From an uncultured delta proteobacterium (GTDB taxonomy: Bacteria > Desulfobacterota > BSN033 > UBA1163): a stretch of DNA of 64,000 nucleotides. Under the pieces are notes generated by a model. It saw nothing but the letters and a program-made list of their open reading frames with translations. It ran no database searches and was not told the DNA's origin. The position numbers were made by a program, and so were the translations under genes. The DNA lies in assembly GCA_963731045.1 (NCBI GenBank), contig CAVSVC010000018.1, forward strand, positions 26,496 through 90,495, read 5' to 3'. Position 1 is the stretch's first letter, and the number at the start of each line of letters is the position of its first letter. This document shows positions 8,989-16,736 of this stretch, in pieces.

Positions 8989-10398
8989 CTAACAAGCAGG
9001 TAATTCGTCTCCCTCCGGATCGAGGTTAAAAACGTAGGGATCCCCTAATGGGCTAAGAAAAGTGAAGAGAATATTTCTTGCATTGGCACTATTTAAATTG
9101 AAGTTCCAGAAAGTTAGAACCGGAATCACTTGATTTGGGGTGATCGTTTGGCTACTGCCTCCAAGGTTAAAGTTGACAGAACCGCTTCCGCTGGTATAAG
9201 TCCCACTATATTTCTGAACCCAAGCTCCACCTACAAACATGTAAATGTCCGTGAGTCTCCTATTTGCGCCGTTTGCAATCCAGGAAGCCGAAAAGGCATT
9301 CATGGTTACACTGTTCGTCCCCACATATTTGATGTAGAACCGAGCCCTCCGGGCGATGGCAGGAGGCGTGGGAGGAGGAACCGGAGGATTTCTGCACGGG
9401 ACTGGAGACGCAGGGTCAAGGATCAGGACGTTCAAGAATTGGGTGAGATCGGCAACCCTGACAATTCTTCTTTGACTGGCGCCTGTGATCTCTCCTGTAG
9501 AGGTTAAGGTGTCTGCGATATTGTCGTAGCTGATGGTGAATCTCCCATTTCCAAGGCTTCGCTGATTGACCGGGGGGTTATTCAGTCCCACAAGAGTCGC
9601 AGTGGTTCTCCATCCTTGATTTGAACTATATCGGACCGCGTACTCCACACCGGATTGGGCAATGAAGAGGGCCTGGTTGGAGTAGATGGGAAAGATCACG
9701 GATTTCTGTTTTGAGGGAAGGAGATAGGTGAGGACATACCCCATCGTGACCATGAGGAGCATGGCTACGAGCAGGAAGAGAACGGATACGCCTCTTGAAT
9801 TACTGGAAATTGATATTTTCAAGGGCTGATCTCCTCCCTCCATTTTTGAAAATAAATTCTTGGTGCTGGCGTTGTCCGAAAGGTTCTTGGGGTACACTTT
9901 AGTCTGTAAGGTGACATTCTCACCCGTGCCCAGCGAAAGGGTCAGAACCAGTTTGATCTCATCTTCAAGGGTCCCCCGGGTCACCGTGAAGGCAGAGACA
10001 TTGCCGGCCAAGGAACTGACGACTGCCGGGGATGTTTTGACCTTTTCCAGGGTATTACCGGTTTGCCGAAATGTGATATTTTCATTGGCACTGTCCTGAA
10101 CCGTTGCATTCGTTCTTGTGAAGCTGATCAGACTCCCCGACCCTCCGGCTACCGGAGAGGTCAGACTCCTTGCGTCCCGTATGTCCCTGCACATCCTCTC
10201 AAGGGCCAGTTTGCCCTCGTCCAAAAGGGTCTTCTGATTGATCGACATAGCGTAGACCCTTACGCTGCTTGCCAGGAAGTGAAGCCCCACAGCCGAAACC
10301 ACGGAAAGAATCACGATGACGATGACCACCTCAATCAGGGTGAAGCCCTTTTGAGTTTTGAGTTTTGAGTTTTGAGTTTTGAATTTCTTGTTCTGCAA
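8989..10398 (-). CDS. Large bipartite prepilin-like protein (minor pilin/adhesin candidate)
   Basis: 469 aa. Class III signal ...KTQKG|FTLIEVVIVIVILSVV. A second internal hydrophobic segment SRGVSVLFLLVAMLLMVTMGYVL (PilX_N-like) is preceded by GGAGGGAGGAG and TTG. Cys-poor beta-rich C-terminus. Confidence 0.75.
   Translation of the reverse strand: MQNKKFKTQNSKLKTQKGFTLIEVVIVIVILSVVSAVGLHFLASSVRVYAMSINQKTLLDEGKLALERMCRDIRDARSLTSPVAGGSGSLISFTRTNATVQDSANENITFRQTGNTLEKVKTSPAVVSSLAGNVSAFTVTRGTLEDEIKLVLTLSLGTGENVTLQTKVYPKNLSDNASTKNLFSKMEGGDQPLKISISSNSRGVSVLFLLVAMLLMVTMGYVLTYLLPSKQKSVIFPIYSNQALFIAQSGVEYAVRYSSNQGWRTTATLVGLNNPPVNQRSLGNGRFTISYDNIADTLTSTGEITGASQRRIVRVADLTQFLNVLILDPASPVPCRNPPVPPPTPPAIARRARFYIKYVGTNSVTMNAFSASWIANGANRRLTDIYMFVGGAWVQKYSGTYTSGSGSVNFNLGGSSQTITPNQVIPVLTFWNFNLNSANARNILFTFLSPLGDPYVFNLDPEGDELPAC
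10351..10385. repeat. Heptanucleotide tandem repeat (TTGAGTT x4 plus TTGAATT) inside the pilin leader coding region
   Basis: Direct reading of 10351-10385. On the coding strand it gives ...KTQNSKLKTQ... between the ATG (10398) and the G|FTLIE cleavage site. Confidence 0.9.
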
Positions 10399-10423
10399 GT
10401 CGCTTTCCTTTCAGCACTCCCGA

Positions 10424-10828
10424 TTACGGGAAGTTTGTGACCACGGAATAAATTTCATATGCGTCGTTCTCCGGATCTTTCACCCGGACGAGGATTCTTT
10501 TGTACCCCTGATCCGTTACGGAAACATTGAAATTACTGTTCAAGTACACAATGTCCCATTGCCATTGGTAGGTGGAGAGCCCCGTGTTCGCATACGCAGT
10601 GAGGGCAATAGGGTTCAGGCTTGCGTTACTGTAGTCGAATTTCATGAACTCTTCCATTTTCTGATGGGCCAGATACATGGCTGTTGCAGCCTTCTCCGGT
10701 TTTCCGCTCCCTTTTACAGCGGTTGCAAAAGGAACGATGATCGCGGGCAGAAGGATCCCTGCGATGACAATGAAGACGAGGATCTCGATGAGGGTAAACC
10801 CCCCGATGGATTTCAGATTCCCCCCCAC
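10424..10828 (-). CDS. Prepilin-type N-terminal cleavage/methylation domain protein (pilin/pseudopilin)
   Basis: GG|FTLIEILVFIVIAGILL motif. The track ORF starts at 10924 but runs through a GC-rich palindromic repeat. A GTG at 10828 gives a normal short leader (M)GGNLKSIGG. The start is uncertain. Confidence 0.7.
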   Translation of the reverse strand: MGGNLKSIGGFTLIEILVFIVIAGILLPAIIVPFATAVKGSGKPEKAATAMYLAHQKMEEFMKFDYSNASLNPIALTAYANTGLSTYQWQWDIVYLNSNFNVSVTDQGYKRILVRVKDPENDAYEIYSVVTNFP

Positions 10829-10870
10829 CCTCTCCCTCCCCCTCCAGGGGGGAGGGTTGGGGGAGGGGTG
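10815..10870. repeat. GC-rich palindromic repeat, copy 1 (CCCTCCCCCTCCAGGGGGGAGGG core)
   Basis: Near-identical core at 55348-55370 (CCCTCCCCCTCGAGGGGGGAGGG) with similar G/C-rich flanks. Confidence 0.7.
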
Positions 10871-10920
10871 CCGCAATGGGAAGCTTCGCAATCCGGGCTC
10901 TGCAATCCGGCCTCTTCTCC

Positions 10921-11427
10921 TCATGAGATATTCACCTTTCCGGTATAGTTTACGACACTGATCGTTCTGGTCTGGCCACCGCTTGAAATCGCCACAGAGC
11001 CGCCGCCGCCCGCTGTGGGTTCGCCCAGGGAATTGAATGTGACCGTGAAGTTGTTGTTTACCGTTACTCCTGCCGGAAGCCGGCCCGTTCCATCCAGACC
11101 GCCGGCCGGGTTGAAGGTATAAACAGAGGCCCCGGAGGTGAAACTGACGCTCTTGGAGATCCGGTTCGCCATGGCATACTCCTGGGCATAGCGGATATCC
11201 GATGCAATCATCTGCGCCGCTCCGCTCACGGAGGCCCCGGAAGACGGTGAGGAGCTGACCCTGGAAACGGCCATGGCAGCAAGAATTCCGATGACGGCCA
11301 TGACCACGATCACTTCGATCAACGTCATTCCGCGATGGCGTGTCCCCTTAAACCCTTCATTTGAATCTCTCCGTCGTTGCTCTGCGGCATCCCGCCTCAC
11401 CGAAAGACCGAGGCCATATTCCACCAC
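10921..11427 (-). CDS. Prepilin-type pilin/pseudopilin
   Basis: ...KGTRHRG|MTLIEVIVVMAVIGILAAMAV motif with Glu5. 168-aa ORF whose start (GTG at 11427) overlaps the gspF tail. The start is uncertain. Confidence 0.7.
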   Translation of the reverse strand: MVEYGLGLSVRRDAAEQRRRDSNEGFKGTRHRGMTLIEVIVVMAVIGILAAMAVSRVSSSPSSGASVSGAAQMIASDIRYAQEYAMANRISKSVSFTSGASVYTFNPAGGLDGTGRLPAGVTVNNNFTVTFNSLGEPTAGGGGSVAISSGGQTRTISVVNYTGKVNIS

Positions 11428-11654
11428 GGGAGGAATACCGCCAGGGCCAGAAAGAGCACCACCCCTCCGAGAAGGAGCGTCAGGGTGGGCTCGATATAGG
11501 TGGACATTTTCCTGATCGTATTTTCCGCCTCGACATCGTAGTATTCCGTCACCCTTGCCAGCATGTCATCCAGGGTTCCCGATGATTCTCCCACGGACAC
11601 CATCTGGATGACCAGCGGGGTGAAGGTTCCGCTCTCCTTCATCGCCTCGGCCAT
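11397..11654 (-). CDS. C-terminal fragment of GspF/PilC/MshG platform protein (frame-shifted)
   Basis: MAEAMKESGTFTPLVIQMVSVGESSGTLDDML...IEPTLTLLLGGVVLFLALAVFLP is the second GspF repeat. Lengthening the C5 run at 11661-11665 by one base yields EIQGGRSMAEAMKE in one frame. Confidence 0.8.
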   Translation of the reverse strand: MAEAMKESGTFTPLVIQMVSVGESSGTLDDMLARVTEYYDVEAENTIRKMSTYIEPTLTLLLGGVVLFLALAVFLPWWNMASVFR

Positions 11655-12631
11655 GCTCCTTCCCCCTGGATCTCCTGTTTCATGACCTCGATGGAACGAG
11701 TGAGGGGGCCATTGCCGATCGTGGAAGAGGTGATCTCAAGGGTCTGCAGGATCGGGATGCCGCTCCGGTTGAGCATGACGAAGGTGTAAGCAAATCGGGA
11801 GAGGGCGATCTTAATGAACAGCGGACCGAACATGGGCACCCGGTTCCTGACCCGGTCCCAGAAAAGCTTTCCCTTCGGTGTCCGGAGGAAGTACCTCAAG
11901 AAGATCGGGATTCCGATGAGAAGGAACAAGACGACATACCAGTAGTGATGGAAAACCATATTGATGCCGACCATGATCCGGGTGGCCAGTGGAAGGGGGG
12001 TCTTGAATTGTTGAAATACCTGAACAAACCTTGGAATGACAAAAGCAATCAAGACACCGCAGGCAATCAGGACCGACGAGACGACGATCTTGGGATAGCG
12101 GGTGGCTTCCTTGACCCGCTGGCGGGTTTTGAGCTCGCGGCCTGCAAGTGTGACAAAACGATCGAGGGATTCGCCCAGGAGCCCCGAGGTCTCGCCTGCA
12201 CGAACCATGCTTACATAGATAGGCGGAAATGCATCGGGAAATTGTCCCAGAGACTCGAAAAGGGTGCTTCCCTCTCTGATCCTCCGGCATACGGTTCCGA
12301 GAATTTCCTTCAGACGCCTGTTCCCGGCCTGTTCCCGCAGGCTTTCCAATCCCGTGAGCAGGGGCAATCCCGCCTTGTAGAGCGTTGAGAGCTGCTGGCT
12401 GAATACAATGAGATCCTCCATGCCCACTTTATAGAACCGGTAAAAGAGATCCGACCCCTGACCCGAAGGCGACTCGTTTTCCTTACTTTCCCTGATCGAG
12501 ACGGGGAAGTAGCCCTGCTGGAGAAGTTGGACCCCTGCGAGATCGAGGGTAGGGGCCTCCACCGTCCCCGCCGTCGGTTTTCCCGCGTGATCTCTCGCCT
12601 TGTAGCTGAAGAGCGGCATCGTGTGTCTCAT
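11639..12631 (-). CDS. GspF/PilC/MshG inner-membrane platform protein, main body
   Basis: 330 aa. GspF-domain motifs (LSTLYKAGLPLLTGLESL, MVRAGETSGLLGESLDR) and TM segments. Confidence 0.88.
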   Translation of the reverse strand: MRHTMPLFSYKARDHAGKPTAGTVEAPTLDLAGVQLLQQGYFPVSIRESKENESPSGQGSDLFYRFYKVGMEDLIVFSQQLSTLYKAGLPLLTGLESLREQAGNRRLKEILGTVCRRIREGSTLFESLGQFPDAFPPIYVSMVRAGETSGLLGESLDRFVTLAGRELKTRQRVKEATRYPKIVVSSVLIACGVLIAFVIPRFVQVFQQFKTPLPLATRIMVGINMVFHHYWYVVLFLLIGIPIFLRYFLRTPKGKLFWDRVRNRVPMFGPLFIKIALSRFAYTFVMLNRSGIPILQTLEITSSTIGNGPLTRSIEVMKQEIQGEGAWPRR

Positions 12632-12640
12632 TCCCCCATC

Positions 12641-12710
12641 GTGTCAGTGTTTCGTGTCGGTGTCAGTAAAATCTCTTACGGACACTCATCACTGACACCT
12701 TCAGTGACAT
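12641..12710. repeat. Intercistronic hairpin built from GTGTCAGT/ACTGACAC words
   Basis: GGTGTCAGT (12659-12667) pairs with ACTGACACC (12691-12699). Related copies lie at 25951-26016 and 52572-52599. Confidence 0.7.
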
Positions 12711-12716
12711 GGAGGT

Positions 12717-13088
12717 TCAGTTGTTCAGGTATGACTTCACCTTTTCAAGGAGGTCATCCATTTCAAAAGGTTTGGTGATATATTCATTGGCCCCGGTCTC
12801 CATCCCGAGCGACTTGTCCCGCTCCTGTGTCTTTGCGGTCAGCATCAGGATGGGGATGTGCTTATACCGCTCGTCGAACTTCAGCAGACGGCAGACCTTA
12901 TACCCATCCAGCTTCGGCAGCATGAGATCGAGAAGAATGAGATGGGGCTTCTCTTTCCTGGCCTGATGCAGACCGTCTTCCCCGTTATAGGAGACCAGGA
13001 CGGTGAATCCTTCCATCTCCAGGGGGAACCTGAGGGTTTCCACGAGGTCCACTTCATCGTCCACGATCAGAATCTTTTTCGGTTCCAT
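12717..13088 (-). CDS. Single-domain response regulator (CheY-like receiver)
   Basis: 123 aa. DDE acidic pocket, LILLDLMLPKLDG, TAK...KP motifs. Confidence 0.9.
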   Translation of the reverse strand: MEPKKILIVDDEVDLVETLRFPLEMEGFTVLVSYNGEDGLHQARKEKPHLILLDLMLPKLDGYKVCRLLKFDERYKHIPILMLTAKTQERDKSLGMETGANEYITKPFEMDDLLEKVKSYLNN

Positions 13089-13091
13089 TTG

Positions 13092-14630
13092 TTAACCTCC
13101 CAAACGTTCTTTGGCTTTCCTGAACAGGTCCCTTTTGGAAAGGGCCTCTTCGGGGTAGGTGGCTGCTCCGATATGAATGAGCCGGGACACGTCCGAGCCG
13201 TTCACAGAGACTTTTCGGACGACATCTTCCATTCTCTGACGGATCACCCGGGCTCCCTGCAGATCCGCCTCACAGAGAGCAGCCAGGATCTTGTCTTTCT
13301 CCCGCTTCAACATGATGTCCGCCTTCCGACAGAGGCACCTCTTGACTCGGTCTTCCAGCTGTTCGAGAATGACCTCTTTGATTTCAGGTTGATCATCCTG
13401 CGCCTCAATCAGAAAGAGGGTCAGATGGGAATGATTCTCCTGGGCACGCTGAAACTCCTTGTCCAGGGTCAGACGGAAACGGACATCTCTCTTCTCCCGG
13501 CTCGAGAGGGGAAGGGTAAACGTGAAGGTGCTTCCCTTGCCGAGCTCGCTTTCGGCCCAGATGGTACCCTGGTGGGCTTCGATCAATCCCCTGGTAATGG
13601 CAAGACCCAGTCCTGTTCCGCTGACCGACCGGTGGAGAGACCCCTCCACCTGGTGAAACTTCTCAAAGACCTTCTTCAACTGGTCTTCGGGGATCCCGAT
13701 GCCCGTGTCTCTGACGGAGACCGCCACCAGGTTTTCATCCTGGTCGAAGATACGGGCGGAAACGGAGATGGTTCCCCCCTCGGGGGTGAATTTAATGGCA
13801 TTTCCCACCAGGTTGGTCAGAACCTGCTCCAGTTTCTCACGGTCCCCCAGAACGGTCGGAAGGTCTTCAGGGAGGTCCGTGACGAGTTGGATCGATTTCC
13901 CCTGGGCCTGGGGCTGCAGAGAGGAAAGGACCAGCTCAACCGGGACCTTCAAGGCGAGTTCCTCAAAGGTCATGGTGATCTTCCCCGACTCGATCTTGGA
14001 CAGGTTCAGAAGGTCGTTCAGAATGTTCGTCAGGCGCGTAATATTTCTGTCCGCCATGGAAAGAAATTTCCTCTGATTCTCGTTGATGTCACCGGTCTTC
14101 CCCTGCAGGATGAGCTGGACGGAGTTCTTGATTGCCGAGAGAGGAGTTCGCAGCTCGTGGGAGGCAATCGAAACGAATTCGGATTTGATCTGGTCGACCT
14201 TCCGCAATTCCTCATTGGCCTTTTCCAGTTCCCCCGCATAATCCTTCAGGCTGACGAACCGCTGCTTCTGGTCCACGACCTTTCGCAACCGCATGATCAG
14301 CTCGTCCAGATTCAGCGGTTTTGTCAGATAGTCGCTGGCTCCCCGCTTCATGGCTTCCAGTGCCGAATCGATGCTTCCGTGTCCGGTCATCAGGACGGTC
14401 AACGTCTCCGGCTTGACCCTGGCGATCTCATCGACCAGCTGGAGGCCGTCGACCTTCGGCATCTTCAGGTCGGTGAGAACGAGGTCGTAGGCATTCTTCG
14501 AGAGTTTCTGAAGGGCGTCTTCCCCGTTCTCGGCCAGTTCCACGTGAAAGCCTCCGATCCGGGTGAGAACCCTCACGAGCAATTCCCGGATATCTTTTTC
14601 ATCGTCTACGATCAAGATCCTGTTTTCCAT
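13092..14630 (-). CDS. Response-regulator receiver / histidine kinase hybrid with extra C-terminal domain
   Basis: 512 aa. REC (ILIVDDEKD, LVLTDLKMPKVDG), HisKA (SIASHELRTPL), HATPase (NLVGNAIKFT, DTGIGI, GTGLGL), then about 130 aa of unassigned sequence. Confidence 0.9.
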   Translation of the reverse strand: MENRILIVDDEKDIRELLVRVLTRIGGFHVELAENGEDALQKLSKNAYDLVLTDLKMPKVDGLQLVDEIARVKPETLTVLMTGHGSIDSALEAMKRGASDYLTKPLNLDELIMRLRKVVDQKQRFVSLKDYAGELEKANEELRKVDQIKSEFVSIASHELRTPLSAIKNSVQLILQGKTGDINENQRKFLSMADRNITRLTNILNDLLNLSKIESGKITMTFEELALKVPVELVLSSLQPQAQGKSIQLVTDLPEDLPTVLGDREKLEQVLTNLVGNAIKFTPEGGTISVSARIFDQDENLVAVSVRDTGIGIPEDQLKKVFEKFHQVEGSLHRSVSGTGLGLAITRGLIEAHQGTIWAESELGKGSTFTFTLPLSSREKRDVRFRLTLDKEFQRAQENHSHLTLFLIEAQDDQPEIKEVILEQLEDRVKRCLCRKADIMLKREKDKILAALCEADLQGARVIRQRMEDVVRKVSVNGSDVSRLIHIGAATYPEEALSKRDLFRKAKERLGG

Positions 14631-14633
14631 CGT

Positions 14634-14867
14634 TCATCCCTTTTTTTCCTGGGAAAGGTCGCCTCTCCAGGAAAGCCATTCGTCCAGGGCATCCTTCTTG
14701 AAACGCCAGCTTCCGCCTACCTTTCGCCCCGGGATGTCCCCGTGCTTGGCCAGCCGGTAGATGGTTCTCACGTGGACGCTCAGATAGTCCGCCGCTTCGC
14801 GGGGCGTCAGGATCTCTCTTCTGGGAATGAGCGATTGCAGATTTCTGGTTTCGTCATCCTTGTTCAT
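14634..14867 (-). CDS. Small excisionase/MerR-type helix-turn-helix DNA-binding protein
   Basis: 77 aa. ILTPREAADYLSVHVRTIYRLAKHGDIPGRKVGGSWRFKKDALDEWL. Its stop lies 3 nt from the downstream kinase start. Confidence 0.75.
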   Translation of the reverse strand: MNKDDETRNLQSLIPRREILTPREAADYLSVHVRTIYRLAKHGDIPGRKVGGSWRFKKDALDEWLSWRGDLSQEKKG

Positions 14868-14895
14868 GTTTCATTCTCCTTGCTCTCGTAGAACC

Positions 14896-16725
14896 TCATC
14901 GACAGTCCAAAACCTCCCGCACTTTCGCTGCCAGGGCCGAAGCTGAAAATGGTTTTTCGAGGAGAGGCGCTTTTGAAGCGGAGGAGCCCCGGCAAAGCGC
15001 CGTGTGATCCGTATACCCGGAAACAAAGAGTACCTTCAGGTGATTCCACCGGTCGGTGAGCCGGTCAGCCAGTTCCTTTCCCCCCATCTGAGGCATGACC
15101 ACGTCGGTCAGGAGAAGGTGAAACATCCTATCGGCTTTTTCCTGAACGACCCTGAGGGCGTCCAGACCGTGGGTGGCTTCTACGACGTGATATCCCCGGT
15201 CTGAGAGGACACGGGCGGCAAATCCTCTGACAGCCGGATCGTCTTCTACCAGCAGGATGGTTTCGTTTCCCTGGGACGAAGAGATGACGTCGTGCTGCCT
15301 GGGGAGTTTGGCGGTTTCTTCCTCGGCTTGTGGAAAGTAGATCTTGAAGGTCGAGCCCTGACCCGGTTCGCTGTAGACAAAGATGTGTCCCCGGTTCTCC
15401 TTGATGATTCCGTAGACGGTCGAAAGACCGAGGCCCGTTCCCCCGCCGTTCGCCTTGGTGGTGAAGAAAGGTTCGAAAATCCTCTCTTTCACCTCCGGTG
15501 ACATGCCGCAACCTGTGTCACTCACGGAAACCATCACATAACGGCCCGCCGGAAGGGTGGAGGGGGCCTGACCGGAGGGTTGAGGGAGGGAAACACCCGA
15601 GGTCTCCAGAATGAGTTTTCCTCCCTGGGGCATCGCATCACGGGCGTTCACGACCAGGTTCATCAGGACCTGTTCGAATTGGGAGGGATCGATTTTGACA
15701 CAACCCGGACCGGGGTCGGGAAGGGTCACCAGCTCGATGTGCTCTCCGATGAGACGGCGAAGCATCTTGTCCACGTCGATCAGGACCGTGTTGAGATTGA
15801 TCACCTGGGGATTCAGGGACTGCCGGCGGGAGAAGGTCAGTATATTCCGGACGAGATTGGCAGCCCGTTCCGCCCCCTTTTGAATCTCGGCAATGTCTTC
15901 GCGCAGGGGGTCCTGGGGCGCCAGGGTGCTCATGGCCAGTTGCGAATAGCCCACAATCGGTGTCAGCATGTTATTGAAGTCGTGGGCGATCCCTCCGGCA
16001 AGGCGGCCGATGGCTTCCATCTTCTGGGATTGGCGAAATTGTTCCTGGAGCGCCGCCATCTCTATCTCGGCCCGTTTACGGCCGCTGATATCTTCCAGAA
16101 CCATCACGGAGTAGTGGGTGGTCTCCTCTCCAGGGTGGCGAAACGAGGCTGAAATGGGACGGAGCTGGATTTGGAGGGTCCGTTTCAGTACGGGATCTTC
16201 AACCTCCGATTCCACGGTTTCTCCGGCCGCAAGTTTTTCGGAAGCAAGGGACCAGAACGCTTCGAGATAGCAGTTCGACTCGTTACAGCCCGGATGGAAG
16301 AGATCGTGAAATCGTTTTCCTTTCACCTGGGTGACGCGGTCGAGCTGCCACTGCTCTACGGTTCGATTGGTCCGTTGGACAAAACCCCGGCTGTCCAGGA
16401 GACAGATCAGGTGAGGGAGAGAGTCGGCCGTGGATTCCCACTCCCGTTTCGCGCGCCCGATGAGCGTCAGACTGTCCTTCAGGGCCTCTTCAGCCCGCTT
16501 GCGGTCTTCGATCTCACATTTCAGCTTTTCATTGGCCTTCGTCAGTTCGGCGGTCTGTTCCTTCACCTGTCTTTCCAGCTCGTTATGGGCCTTCCGTAAG
16601 ACCTCTTCCGCATCATGGGCGCCGGGGACGATCTTGTGGAGGCGAAAGCCGAAGATGCGCCAGGCCAGCGCAAGACCTGCGGCCGTGAAGAGAAGAATCA
16701 GATGAGGGGTGTACTGTAGGCCCAT
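14896..16725 (-). CDS. Hybrid sensor histidine kinase (TM-coiled coil-PAS-HisKA-HATPase-REC)
   Basis: 609 aa. [16 protein letters not shown]-box, N/G boxes, C-terminal receiver [13 protein letters not shown]. Confidence 0.92.
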   Translation of the reverse strand: MGLQYTPHLILLFTAAGLALAWRIFGFRLHKIVPGAHDAEEVLRKAHNELERQVKEQTAELTKANEKLKCEIEDRKRAEEALKDSLTLIGRAKREWESTADSLPHLICLLDSRGFVQRTNRTVEQWQLDRVTQVKGKRFHDLFHPGCNESNCYLEAFWSLASEKLAAGETVESEVEDPVLKRTLQIQLRPISASFRHPGEETTHYSVMVLEDISGRKRAEIEMAALQEQFRQSQKMEAIGRLAGGIAHDFNNMLTPIVGYSQLAMSTLAPQDPLREDIAEIQKGAERAANLVRNILTFSRRQSLNPQVINLNTVLIDVDKMLRRLIGEHIELVTLPDPGPGCVKIDPSQFEQVLMNLVVNARDAMPQGGKLILETSGVSLPQPSGQAPSTLPAGRYVMVSVSDTGCGMSPEVKERIFEPFFTTKANGGGTGLGLSTVYGIIKENRGHIFVYSEPGQGSTFKIYFPQAEEETAKLPRQHDVISSSQGNETILLVEDDPAVRGFAARVLSDRGYHVVEATHGLDALRVVQEKADRMFHLLLTDVVMPQMGGKELADRLTDRWNHLKVLFVSGYTDHTALCRGSSASKAPLLEKPFSASALAAKVREVLDCR

Positions 16726-16736
16726 AAGGGACGCCT

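Noticed and set aside
12858-14891. 677-aa plus-strand ORF
   Set aside because: It is antisense to the CheY-like, REC-kinase and HTH genes and has no motifs. It is a shadow ORF. The same reasoning applies to 15580..16152, 17403..18380, 22706..23464, 51433..52515, 55911..56963, 29115..29876 and 47560..48267.
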